Below are positions 11,720 through 22,352 of a DNA stretch of 64,000 bases, in pieces. Under the pieces are notes generated by a model. The model made no database searches and had not been told where the DNA came from. It worked only from the letters and a program-made list of their open reading frames with translations. Position 1 is the stretch's first letter; each line of letters opens with the position of its first letter. Made by a program: the position numbers and the translations under genes. The stretch is taken from the NCBI GenBank assembly GCA_963801605.1, contig CAWDFP010000006.1:544001-608000 (forward strand). Reading direction: 5' to 3'. The DNA comes from an uncultured candidate division Zixibacteria bacterium (GTDB lineage: Bacteria; Zixibacteria; MSB-5A5; UBA10806).

Positions 11720-12180
11720 TACTGATCCTCCGCTTTTTCAAGGCTCTTAGCCTTTTCAGGGTGACGAAACAGCAACGCCCCCAATCCGGCCAGAAACAAG
11801 CCCAGGATTGTACCGAAAGCCCCAAGCTTGAGCTCAAAACCAATCATTTTTCCGGGGATATAAAAAGGAATATCGGGGTTGAGCGCCACGGTGATATATT
11901 TATAAGCGATAGTTCCGATAGCCAGAAATGATGCTCCCAGAAATACGTAACGCGACTTATGCGCTTTGCCCAAATATTTTAAGATTACAAATGCCAAGAG
12001 CATGAGCACCGCTGCGCCCAGAACGATATAGAGGGCGCCTCCCATATCAGAGCCGCGGAGAAGCATCTTTTTTGTGCCGCAGGAAACCCTCAACCATGGC
12101 AGAAAAAAGCAGATTATTACAATCCCGGCTCCGGCGGGAGATAGTATCTCATGTGATTTCGGTTTTAGTGATGACGCCAC
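11719..12180 (-). CDS. Small hypothetical membrane protein (about 4 TM) inside the liv operon
   Basis: FFLPW motif and four hydrophobic segments; overlaps both neighbours; true start may be the ATG at 12152 with a 1-nt error. Confidence 0.7.
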   Translation of the reverse strand: MASSLKPKSHEILSPAGAGIVIICFFLPWLRVSCGTKKMLLRGSDMGGALYIVLGAAVLMLLAFVILKYLGKAHKSRYVFLGASFLAIGTIAYKYITVALNPDIPFYIPGKMIGFELKLGAFGTILGLFLAGLGALLFRHPEKAKSLEKAEDQ

Positions 12181-13102
12181 TTCGCCTGGTCCTCTTTCGT
12201 GTAAACAATCCCTGCGGTCGAGTGATCATGATGATGATAAGCAATAGAGAATAGATAACCATTCGGTACTGCGCGACACTGCGCAGCGCCTCGGGAAGAA
12301 TTGTAAGCAGAATGGCCGATAAGATCACTCCGACTATGCTTCCCATTCCGCCAATAATTACCATGACCACGATTTCAAACGATTTCAAGAAACTGAATTG
12401 CTGCGGGTTGATATAGGTTACAAAATGGGCATACAATCCGCCCGCAATTCCCGCAAAAAAAGCTCCGGTAATAAAAGCCACTACCTTGACTTTGGTGGAG
12501 CTGATACCAACCGCCTCCGCAGCAATTTCATCGTCGCGTACAGCCAGGAATGCCTTGCCGTATGTTGAGTTGATAAGATTGTAGATCAGAAAAATGACCG
12601 CGGCTACAGTTGCAAATACCCAAAAAGAATTGGATAGCTTGGGGATTCCGGTAAAGCCTCGGGCGGCGCCCAGGAAATCGAGATTTTGAATTATTACCCG
12701 GATAATCTCACCAAAGCCCAGGGTCGTTATTGCCAGGTAATCTCCTTTTAGGCGCAAGGTAGGAATTCCCACAAAGAGTCCGAAAATAGCGGCCATTGAA
12801 CCAGCAAGTAATAGCGCCAGGGCGTAAGCGGGAATTGCAAATACGGAGCCAGAACTCAGTCCCATACCGCGAGTAATAACCGCCGAGGTATAGGCTCCAA
12901 TCGCCATAAATCCGGCATGTCCAAGCGAAAACTGCCCGGCAAATCCGTTGATAAGGTTAAGGCTCGAAGCTAAAATGATATTAATTCCAATATATATAAT
13001 GATCTGAAAGTAGTAGGCATTGATCTTTCCCTCGAATACGGTGGCGATGGCGCTGAACGCCACTGCCCCCAAAAACAAGAGAATAGATTTATTAGCTTTC
13101 AT
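12149..13102 (-). CDS. livM: Branched-chain amino acid ABC permease
   Basis: GQFSLGHAGF, LRLKGDYLAI, GGMGS. Confidence 0.93.
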   Translation of the reverse strand: MKANKSILLFLGAVAFSAIATVFEGKINAYYFQIIIYIGINIILASSLNLINGFAGQFSLGHAGFMAIGAYTSAVITRGMGLSSGSVFAIPAYALALLLAGSMAAIFGLFVGIPTLRLKGDYLAITTLGFGEIIRVIIQNLDFLGAARGFTGIPKLSNSFWVFATVAAVIFLIYNLINSTYGKAFLAVRDDEIAAEAVGISSTKVKVVAFITGAFFAGIAGGLYAHFVTYINPQQFSFLKSFEIVVMVIIGGMGSIVGVILSAILLTILPEALRSVAQYRMVIYSLLLIIIMITRPQGLFTRKRTRRSGVITKTEIT

Positions 13103-14005
13103 ACTTTCTCCGGATCGTTTCGTCCGAGGATTCCAGATGGTTTAAAAAGCAGGATGAGTATCAAAATTAAAAATACAATAGCGTCACGGAAAGTTGGCGA
13201 GATATATCCCACTACAAACGTTTCGGTGAGGCCGATGATCAGGCCGCCCAATGCGGCTCCGGCGAGGTTTCCGATCCCTCCTAAAACAGCGGCCACAAAA
13301 GCTTTCAGGCCGGGGAATATTCCCATGAGAGGATCGATCTTGGGATAAACCGATGAGTACAGAACCGAGGCCGCCGCCGCCAGGCTTGAACCAAGAATGA
13401 AAGTAAACGATATCACCGTATCGATATTAATCCCCATCAGGCTGGCCGCCCGATGATTAAATGACACGGCGCGCATGGCGGTCCCCATCTTGGTGCCGTA
13501 GACGATGAATCGTAGCAAAACCATCAGAGCAAAAGCGGTGACAATAACTACAATTGAGTTGGTGCCGATCACCAGGTGTTCGGTATTGACGACTGCGCTC
13601 GATGGAATCAGCTTGGGGAATAACTTTGGGTCAGGTCCGAAAACGAGCTGGCCGCCATATTCCAGGAAAAATGAAACGCCAATAGCGGTGATCAGGACTG
13701 TCAGCTTGGGGCGGGAGCGCAGCGGACGATAGGCCAGTTTTTCGATTGTTACGCCCAAGTACCGAGCAGCCGATCATGGCTATAATCAAAACTGCAAAGG
13801 CGGTTACTATGAGGTTGCCACCGAAAAGCGGGACGAGCCTGGGGGTCAGGTAGAAACCGATAAATGATCCCACCATAAAAACGTCACCATGCGCAAAATT
13901 GATAAAGCGCAGGATGCCGTAAATCATGGTATAGCCCAGGGCTATAAGAGCGTAAATGCTCCCCAGGGAGATGCCGTTAATTATCTGTTGAAGTAACTCG
14001 CTCAT
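13099..14005 (-). CDS. livH: Branched-chain amino acid ABC permease (apparent frameshift near 13757)
   Basis: GSIYALIALGYTMIYG, NFAHG; KAFVAAVLGGIG in the next frame. Confidence 0.92.
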
Positions 14006-14021
14006 GAAATCTTTTTGCGAG

Positions 14022-15162
14022 TTATGGCTCTATCGTTTCCTTGTAATGCGTCTTGTTGTCTCGAACTTCGATAATGACCACAGACTTCCTGGCGTTGCGC
14101 TCGGGATCGATTGTGATCTTTCCGGTAACGCCCATGTAATTTTTGGTGGCCGCAAGAGCATCACGAAGGGCCGGGCCATCGGTTGTGCCGGCACGGGAAA
14201 TGGCATCGAATAAAAGATGTGCGGCATCATAACCTAATGCGCCCATGGCATCAGGTAGCTCGCCGGGGAATTTCGCCTGATACTTGGCATTGAAATCGCG
14301 CACCAGGGCACTGGTATCGTCTGCGGCATAATGAGTGCTATAAAAACAGCCGTTCAAGGCCTCGCCGCCGATCTCGGTGAGCTTCGAGGAATCCCAGCCA
14401 TCGCCGCCGATGAATGGAACGGTCAAATTAAGCTCTCGTCCCTGCTTTACTATCAGGGCTGCCTCAGTGTAGTAACCGGGGACGAAGACTGCCTCGGGTC
14501 CGGCCGCTTTGAGTGCCGTAAGCTGGGCCTTGAAATCGCTGTCGCCCTCGCTGTATGCCTGGGTGGCAACAACCGTCCCGCCGAGCTTAGTGAAGGTCTC
14601 CTCAAAATATTGAGCTAAACCTATCGAATAATCATTTTTAACATCTTTAAGAATTGCGACTTTCTTTAGATCCAAGCGAATTGAACGCAAATTTGGCCAG
14701 GACCTCGCCCTGGAAAGGATCTATGTAACAAACTCTGAATATGTAATCGCCTTTTCTGGTCACCTCGGGGTTGGTGGATGCCGGGCTAACCATGGGGATG
14801 CTATTGCTCTGGCAGATTGGAGCCGCGGCCAGGCTTCGCGATGATGCCACCTCGCCGATCACCGCCTTGACATTGTCACGGGTGATAAGCTTGGTAACCG
14901 CAGTCGCCGCCTCTTCGGGCTTGGACTGGTCGTCTTCGGTGACAAGTTTGATCTGCTTGCCAAGCACTCCGCCCGCCTGATTGGTTTCCTCGACTGCCAA
15001 TAGATAGCCCGTGATGGGTCGATTGCCCGAAGGTGGCCGTGGTACCGGTAAGAGAGCTAAATTCCCCTATGGGTATCTCGTTTTTATTGCTTGTCCCCGC
15101 CGCAACTCAGAGCGACAATACCGACTATCGTGACTATCGATAACTAAGATGGATTTTTTCAT
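14022..15162 (-). CDS. LivJ/LivK-family ABC substrate-binding protein (several apparent frameshifts)
   Basis: GGVLGKQI..EDD, GEVASS, YIFRVCYIDPFQG, GGDGW, GVTGKITID; ATG at 15162 (MKKSIL). Confidence 0.88.
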
Positions 15163-15365
15163 TTTTTGCCTATCCTGCCAAGCGTTTTTTGTGTTTGAAG
15201 ATATGCCCAAATCACCCATGTTGTCAAGGTTCGTCTCTCTATACCGGTATAATAAATTGACTCCTTTGCCATATCGTTTTTTTTGTGGACAAGCGCTGAT
15301 ATGGACCTTAAATTCCCGAAACGGCAGATTAAACAGTAATCAGTCTTAATAAGGAGCTGAGATAA

Positions 15366-16265
15366 ATGAATACCAAACTGCTCTTTCTTCAAACCCGGCC
15401 GAACTTTCTATTGCTTTCGCCGATTCTGGTTTTTCTGGGTATGGCGATCTCATTAGACGGCACAAAATTCGACATGCCCGCATTCATACTGTCCGTCGTC
15501 GGGCTGACGCTTCTGCATGCCAGCGTAGATTGCCTCAACAACTACAGCGATTATAAAACCGGAATCGATTTTAAGGTCACCCGCACCCCATTCTCCGGAG
15601 GCTCCGGCCTTCCGGCCGCAGACAAAGAAACAGTCAGGGCAACCTTTTGGCTCGGCCTGATGACTTTCTTTCTCGCCGTGCCGATAGGAATCTATTTTAT
15701 AATAACGCGCGGCCTGGTTCTGCTTCCAATCTTCATAGTAGGCGGAGCATTCGTACTCTGGTATACAACCCATTTCGCAAAAATTGGCTGGGGCTCTGCT
15801 GAGATCGTGGCAGGCTTGGGTTTGGGAACACTTCCTGTTCTTGGCACTTATTTGATAATGGCCGGCAAGTTCAGCTGGATAGCCCTGTACGCCTCGGTGC
15901 CATCGGGATTTCTGGTTTTCAATCTCCTCCATCTCAACGAATTCCCCGACGCCGACGCTGACCGCACCGGCGGCCGCAAAACAATTCCAATTCAGTTCGG
16001 GCACAAGACTGCCGGGATCGTTTATTCGACGTTGATCATCTTAACATATCTCTGGATCATCGTAGGCGTTATTTTCCGTCTCATGCCTGCCTGGACACTT
16101 CTAGCTCTTCTAACTTTGCCAATTGGTTTCAAGGCTATTAAAGGCTCGCTCTCGTTTAAATCGTTTCCGGAACTCATCCCGTCTCAGGGAGCCAATATTA
16201 TTACGGTTCTTTCGATTCAATTCCTGATGGGCGTGGGGTATCTGATCGCGTATTTTACAAAGTGA
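15366..16265 (+). CDS. menA: UbiA-superfamily prenyltransferase, MenA-like (DHNA polyprenyltransferase)
   Basis: TRP, NNYSDYKTGID, TPFSGGSG, NEFPDADADRTGGRKT. Confidence 0.78.
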   Translation: MNTKLLFLQTRPNFLLLSPILVFLGMAISLDGTKFDMPAFILSVVGLTLLHASVDCLNNYSDYKTGIDFKVTRTPFSGGSGLPAADKETVRATFWLGLMTFFLAVPIGIYFIITRGLVLLPIFIVGGAFVLWYTTHFAKIGWGSAEIVAGLGLGTLPVLGTYLIMAGKFSWIALYASVPSGFLVFNLLHLNEFPDADADRTGGRKTIPIQFGHKTAGIVYSTLIILTYLWIIVGVIFRLMPAWTLLALLTLPIGFKAIKGSLSFKSFPELIPSQGANIITVLSIQFLMGVGYLIAYFTK

Positions 16266-16289
16266 CTGGAAAACGCTTCAATAACGACT

Positions 16290-16901
16290 ATGGAATCGGA
16301 ACTGCACAATAAGGCTCTCGGGCTATCATATTTCACTGTAGTATATAATATTTTCGAGGGGCTGGCGTCGGTGATTTTCGGAGCCGCGGCGGGAAGTTTC
16401 GCATTAATTGGTTTTGGGCTTGATAGTTTTATCGAATCTTTTTCAGGCGGGGTGATGATCTGGAGATTTGGGCGGCGCGGCAAAATCTCGCACGAAGAAG
16501 AGGAGCGAATAGAGCAGCGCGCCATAAAATTGGTGGCTTTTGCCTTTTATATTTTAGGGGCTTATGTACTGTTTGAATCGCTGAAAAATCTTTACCTAAG
16601 AGAACATCCAGAACACAGTCTGGCCGGAATAATTATCGCGATAGTATCGTTGATTGTCATGCCGGCACTTTTCTTTGCCAAGCGCAGGACGGGAAAGGCA
16701 ATTAAAAGTAAAAGCCTTCTGGCTGACTCCAAACAGACCCTGGGATGTATGATGCTTTCCGCGGTGTTGTTGATCGGTCTGGGCCTAAATTATCTTTGGG
16801 GATTTTGGTGGGCAGACCCGCTGGCCAGCGCGGTTATTGCGATTCTACTCTTGAGGGAAGGTTATAAAACCTACCGCGAACGCGAATTGTGCGAGTGCTG
16901 A
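16290..16901 (+). CDS. Cation efflux (CDF-like) membrane protein
   Basis: YNIFEG, ALIGFGLDSFIE, LLADSKQT, WWADP. Confidence 0.85.
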   Translation: MESELHNKALGLSYFTVVYNIFEGLASVIFGAAAGSFALIGFGLDSFIESFSGGVMIWRFGRRGKISHEEEERIEQRAIKLVAFAFYILGAYVLFESLKNLYLREHPEHSLAGIIIAIVSLIVMPALFFAKRRTGKAIKSKSLLADSKQTLGCMMLSAVLLIGLGLNYLWGFWWADPLASAVIAILLLREGYKTYRERELCEC

Positions 16902-17034
16902 TTTAATCAATATAGATATAAGAATAGCCGGCAATTTTATTTAGGAAGCCGAGGACGGTTACCACCCGATTAAATATATGAATTATACCGTCAGATTCGG
17001 GAGCTGATGGCACATTACATTCATTTCCTAAAAT

Positions 17035-17073
17035 AAAAAAGGTGCGGTCACAATAAATTGCAACACGCACCTT
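17035..17073 (-). terminator. Intrinsic terminator after secF
   Basis: AAGGTGCG/CGCACCTT stem followed by a T-run on the minus strand. Confidence 0.55.
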
Positions 17074-17094
17074 AATACTTTAATTCTTTGAGTT

Positions 17095-18082
17095 CTACTT
17101 CACTCGTCTCGGAGAGCGATTTTCCCACTCCACGATAATCGGGCTGGCTACGAAAACCGAACTGTAAGTACCAATTACGATTCCAATCGTCAGCGCCAGA
17201 GCGAAATCGAAAAGCACTTCGCCGCCGAAAACCAGAATCGAAAGAACCGCCAGCTGGGTAGTAACCGAGGTGATAACAGTTCTCGAAAGCACCTCGTTGA
17301 TTGATATATTAACCGTCGTCATAAAATCGGAGCGTTTGCGGAATTGCTTCAAATTTTCCCGGATACGGTCGAATACCACAACGGTATCGGTCAGCGAATA
17401 ACCGGCGATCGTCAGGAGCGCGGTGATTAGAAGCAAGCTAATTTCGCGGTGTAGAATAAAATATATTCCCAGCATCGCTAAAACGTCATGGAAAGTTGCA
17501 ATTGTTGCCGCCACACCGAATCGGAAATCAAACCGGACCCAGATATAAACCAGGATTCCCAGGAATGCGAATATCACCGCCCAGGTCGCATCTTTGGCCA
17601 ATTGCTTTCCGACTTTGCCGCTGATATTATTGGTGGAATCAAGCTTGAAAGGGTTATCTTTAAAATGCTGGTTGATAGCGTCCTTAAGAAGAGTGGCCAG
17701 CTTATCGCCCTCGGCAGCGACCATGTTTACTATGGGCTTTCCCTGCTCGGTAAAGGTTGTTTCGGCGATAGCGTTTTCAATGCGTCCCTGGACCCTGATG
17801 ATGAAGGCGTTTTGTTGGCTGCCTCCGGTGACCGCCTGAATGACTGGCCTTACCATAGCCGACCTCATCGAGGGCTGAGCGTACCTGTTGGGCCGTAACC
17901 GGTTTTTCGAAATTGCCGATAATTTCGGCGCCACCGGTGAAATCCAGACCCAGATTCGCCTTTCCCATGAGTATCAACGCAAAGGAGACTATCCCCAAAA
18001 TCACCAGTACGCTCGAAAAGAAAAAAGCGTATTTTCGGTTACCGATGAAATTAATGTTGGTTTCGTGTAATATCCTTATCAT
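17095..18082 (-). CDS. secF: Protein translocase subunit SecF (apparent frameshift near 17850)
   Basis: LGLDFTGG, FHD, GYSLTDTVVVFDRIRE, GTYSSVFVA. Confidence 0.95.
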
Positions 18083-18096
18083 GTCAATCTACTCCG

Positions 18097-19789
18097 TCAA
18101 ATGGAAAGGCTCTTATATTGTTTGCGCAGATCGAACACCGTCTTGGTAACGAAAATAGCGGTGAACAGCGAAAGAAGAATTCCAACCGACAAGCGTAACC
18201 GCAAATCCCTTGATCGTACCGGAACCGAAGACGAAGAGGAATAGCGCGGTAATAAGGGTCGTTACGTGAGAGTCGATAACGGTCAGCAGGGCTCGGTCAT
18301 AACCGGCATCGATGGCGGCTCGGACAGTTTTCCCGGTACGCAACTCCTCTCTGATCCTTTCGAAAATCAGGACGTTGGAGTCGACCGACATACCCACAGT
18401 TAGAATTATTCCCGCTATACCCGGCATGGTCAAGGTTGAGTTGACCCCCGGTATGACCATGAAGGCTAATATGAAGAAGCGTATTTAAGCACCACCGCCA
18501 TATCTGCGATCAGGCCTGAAATTTTATAATAGATGGCCATAAAAATCACGACCAGAAGAATGCCAATGAAAGAAGCTGTTTTACCTTTATTGATCGAATC
18601 CTGGCCCAGGGCCGGTCCGATGACCGTGCTCTGCAGAATTTCGACATTGGCTGGCAGGGCGCCGGCTTTAAGCAACGTGGCCAGCAGGTAGGCATCGCTG
18701 ATAGTAGCATTGCCGCCCATCGTGATCTGGCCGCTCTTGGTGATGCGCGACTGAATCTTGGGAGCCGATTCAACGCGATCGTCGATGATAATCGCCAGTG
18801 GGTCGCCAATATGCTTGCCGGTCAGGCTGGCAAATCGACGAGCGCCGTCGGTATCAAGTTCAAAAAGAACGACCGGTTGACGCATCTGATCGTAGCTTTC
18901 GCGCACCGATACCAGTGATTCACCGGTCATCTCGATATTTTTATTGACTACATAAAGCTGCTGGAATTGACGGTCACCGCGTTTTTCCGGACGAGTGGCC
19001 CAGGCAAATTGATAGTTGGATGGGATGACTTGTTGAACTTCGGGCGAAGCGAGAAATTTTTCGACTTTGTAGAAATCCTCCATGGTCACGTAGTAGGACA
19101 TGCCGCTGCAATCCAAGAAGCGAGGAGAACGGATGTTTGGCAATCTCATCATCCTCTGACGCTATCTGACTGGTATCTTTTGATTCCTGTCCGAACAGAT
19201 TGGAGGCCGCCTTGGAGGTCGAGTCCGCCTTATTGGTAGCCAGATTAGCGGCCGTTTCGGTAGTTTTGGCTGAAGTACCTGCAGGCTTGTTAGCCGAAGC
19301 CGACAAGGCCAATACCGAATCAATTTCGGCTATTAGCTTTCTGGGTCTCATCCGGCGATCTGCAGAAGCTTAAACTGCAACTGGGCAGTGCTTCCGATGA
19401 GCGCTTTAGCGGTATCGATATCGGTGTAGCCTGGCAGATCGACTACGATTTGGTCGATTCCCGATTTGACGATCTCAGGCTCGGTGATACCGTACTTGTC
19501 GACTCTGATCCTGATTTTCTCCAGCACCTGATCCTGAACATTGCTGGTGATTTCGCCTCCCCGGGGGTTTTCTACCTGCAAGACCATGTGAACTCCGCCC
19601 TGCAAATCCAGCCCCAGTCGCATGGCCCGGCTCTTAAGCGAATAGAATCTGGCCGGATCGCTTATCTTGAGCTGCGGCTTGTTGCTGACGGTCCATGGAA
19701 TAGAACACGAACGTGGGGTAGAGAAGCACGAGAGCCACTACAAGCGCCACCGCGATCACGACTATCCAGCTAATTTGTCCTCTTCTCAT
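18097..19789 (-). CDS. secD: Protein translocase subunit SecD (several apparent frameshifts)
   Basis: [46 protein letters not shown]. Confidence 0.93.
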
Positions 19790-19840
19790 TCTCCAGTCTC
19801 CCAAACGGTAATTGCCTAAGAGTTTTTAATACAGACCGGA

Positions 19841-19868
19841 AATATAAACGTAATTGCCCGAATGTCAA
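19841..19868 (-). promoter_or_regulatory. sigma70-like promoter of secDF
   Basis: TTGACA-16 nt-TATATT on the minus strand. Confidence 0.5.
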
Positions 19869-20100
19869 TAATTTTCGTGTGGCCTTATACTTAAATGCAA
19901 GCCCTGCAATTCATTAAAGTTTTGGGCGGGATTTAGTAGGCAACGGTTCTACATACGATAAATAATAGAATGCATCAGACAGTTCAACATCCGGCGGGTG
20001 CCCCGAGCACTCCCCAGGGATTAACATGCAATTATTATTATTGACATAATAATAGATTGTTATATCTTGTATCAGCTAAATCATGAATTAATCTTCGGAG

Positions 20101-21441
20101 GTGTCTATGTATAAAGCATTGATTACCTGTATTCTGCTATTAAGCGTTCCCGCCTTAGGGCAGCTACCCGGTGATTTGACATGTAATGGTGTCAGTTACG
20201 AGATCGCGGATGCGGTCGAGATGCTCAATGTGCTGCTTTCTGGCTGCTCGCTCGATAGCATTGGCGCTTGTACTCTTCGAAATGGCGGGATTGACGACTC
20301 AAATTCGACGACGATATTTGATTGGTGGACAAGCAATTATGAAAATTTTATTAGACGTTTGGGTTTATATTGCGTGGCGGGAGTTGACCCGCAAGGCCAC
20401 AACGGTTTACAGCACGGCAATCCATGGTCTACTGGTAATTGGGGTTTTAGGTTTCATGTTGTAGGGACCTATCAAAACACTTTTTATGATGCTGTTTTTA
20501 ATGAAAGAGGCGATAAAGATAGCGATTATGGTAGATGGTTCCAATATTATTATACTTGGAGAGAACAGCACGTCGAGCCGCCCATTGACCCTCCTGCTTA
20601 TTATTCTTTTAGTGCAGGAAAAAATCCGGGTACAATATTTAAATATAATAATCAACAAGACAATGAACATCGTTTTTGCCACCTTACTCCGTGCTTTAGA
20701 TTATTAGAGGATCAGAACAACAATGCATCATCCCCCATAATTAGCAGAATAAATTATAAAGTTGAACATGGAAGCGAAGATAGTATTCAACCGTGGGACA
20801 CCCTTTATAATAAGGGCATTTCCATGTTCATAGATACTCTGTGCGGCCGATACTATATGGATTTATATGTTCCGCAAATAGGGCAACATGGCAGGACGAT
20901 TAACAAAAAGGCTGCCGGCGATTATCTTAGTCCTCCCTGGTTTTATGAATATGAAAGCCCTCCGCTTCCCCTTGGGCAGCCTGAAAATGAATATCTTAGT
21001 AGCTCTTTGTCCGGAATTCTAACAAAATCATTTTGGAATCCGGAGGTATTGGATTATTTACAGCAATATAAAAATATTTTAAACGACACCACAAGAAACG
21101 AATTCTATGGTAGGGTGGCCATAAACGGCAAAAAATTCGTTTTCGGGGGCTGGATTGGCAAACTGACAGTTACGGGTGTTTATGACGACTATAGCGATGT
21201 TAGCGAATTTATTAATAAGGCTAAATCCTATTTTCGATTACCCGATATTAATCCTCGTAATGTTCAAGTTGTAATTTCTGAATCCGGTGGGGAATTCTTT
21301 TATTCCTTCCTGGATCGCAAAAATAAGTTTTGGCTGCGGGGTTACAAAATTAACTTAAATAATCCCATCGACCATTCTATTTATAAAAAAAGGAACGTAA
21401 TAGAACTCCTAAAATATTACGCGGAGGACTTTGTGCCATGA
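20101..21441 (+). CDS. Hypothetical secreted protein with an N-terminal dockerin-like motif, AT-rich
   Basis: Signal peptide, then GDLTCNGVSYEIADAVEMLN; the remainder is unrecognised. Confidence 0.6.
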   Translation: MSMYKALITCILLLSVPALGQLPGDLTCNGVSYEIADAVEMLNVLLSGCSLDSIGACTLRNGGIDDSNSTTIFDWWTSNYENFIRRLGLYCVAGVDPQGHNGLQHGNPWSTGNWGFRFHVVGTYQNTFYDAVFNERGDKDSDYGRWFQYYYTWREQHVEPPIDPPAYYSFSAGKNPGTIFKYNNQQDNEHRFCHLTPCFRLLEDQNNNASSPIISRINYKVEHGSEDSIQPWDTLYNKGISMFIDTLCGRYYMDLYVPQIGQHGRTINKKAAGDYLSPPWFYEYESPPLPLGQPENEYLSSSLSGILTKSFWNPEVLDYLQQYKNILNDTTRNEFYGRVAINGKKFVFGGWIGKLTVTGVYDDYSDVSEFINKAKSYFRLPDINPRNVQVVISESGGEFFYSFLDRKNKFWLRGYKINLNNPIDHSIYKKRNVIELLKYYAEDFVP

Positions 21442-22178
21442 GATATATAGCAACGATCATATTAGCATTGGGCCTCGCCGCCTCAGTCTCGGCTGAACGA
21501 TTTGTCTATTGGGAATACCCCAATATAAGTATTCCGCCCTCAGATTCAATTGGAGTCTTCGATACTCTTTCAATCCCAGACAATTTGGTAATCGAGGACC
21601 TCAATGTTTATTTGGGAATTCCGACTCATGGATGGGCCTGTCTTCTCAGGTTGTCGCTCATATCTCCCTGGCAGACGACTGTTTATATGGACAACCTGAA
21701 TAATGACAGGTATTATCTCAATGTCTGGTTTGACACTCAAGACATAGAAGATGGCCCCGGTCAATTGGAGGATTTCAATGGATTCAACTCGGCCGGCCAA
21801 TGGATATTGCATGGCGCCCAGCCCTATGGTCAATCTGCATCTTATCCAATTCAATCCTGGGCAATTGAGGTTATAGGGCAAGCGGAAGGGGTTGAAGATA
21901 ACGACAATATGCCCCATGTATTCGGTATCATTTCCAATTACCCGAATCCTTTTAATGATAAGATAACGATTCAGTTTGCGCTGACCGAACCGGGGTTTAC
22001 CTCAATCGATATTTATGATATTCAAGGAAGCAGGGTGTCAACTCTGCTTAACACAGAATTAGAACCGGCAATCCATACGGTTGCATGGGATGCTCGGGGG
22101 CTGGCCTCCGGCGTATATCATTACGTGCTCAAATCCTCCGGAAAAAGCGCTTCCGGGCGCGTGACGCTTCTGAAATAG
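21438..22178 (+). CDS. Secreted protein with proprotein-convertase P-domain and T9SS-type/FlgD-Ig C-terminal domain
   Basis: IEDLNVYL..H..L.LSLISP, GPGQLEDFNG...GQWIL; NYPNPFN...IYDIQG...WDA..LASGVY...LLK. Confidence 0.82.
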   Translation: MRYIATIILALGLAASVSAERFVYWEYPNISIPPSDSIGVFDTLSIPDNLVIEDLNVYLGIPTHGWACLLRLSLISPWQTTVYMDNLNNDRYYLNVWFDTQDIEDGPGQLEDFNGFNSAGQWILHGAQPYGQSASYPIQSWAIEVIGQAEGVEDNDNMPHVFGIISNYPNPFNDKITIQFALTEPGFTSIDIYDIQGSRVSTLLNTELEPAIHTVAWDARGLASGVYHYVLKSSGKSASGRVTLLK

Positions 22179-22352
22179 AGGCCATAAGTCCCGCCCATTT
22201 TGAAGATATGGTGTAAATACTGTTTTGCCAGCCCATTAATTGTTTTGTACATCAAGTATATTTTATAGTGGCTCGTCCGCTTGAAAGCCGATATCGGTCA
22301 TTCCCCCAATCGGCGCTTGATTTTCATCTAAAATTTGTTTACTTATAAAACT

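Noticed and set aside
15366..16265. UbiA-family gene as the DGGGP synthase partner of GGGPS
   Set aside because: Its motifs (DYKTGID, FSGGSG, D.DAD..GGRKT) fit the MenA-like branch, and it is about 9 kb from GGGPS; a tree would be needed to overturn this
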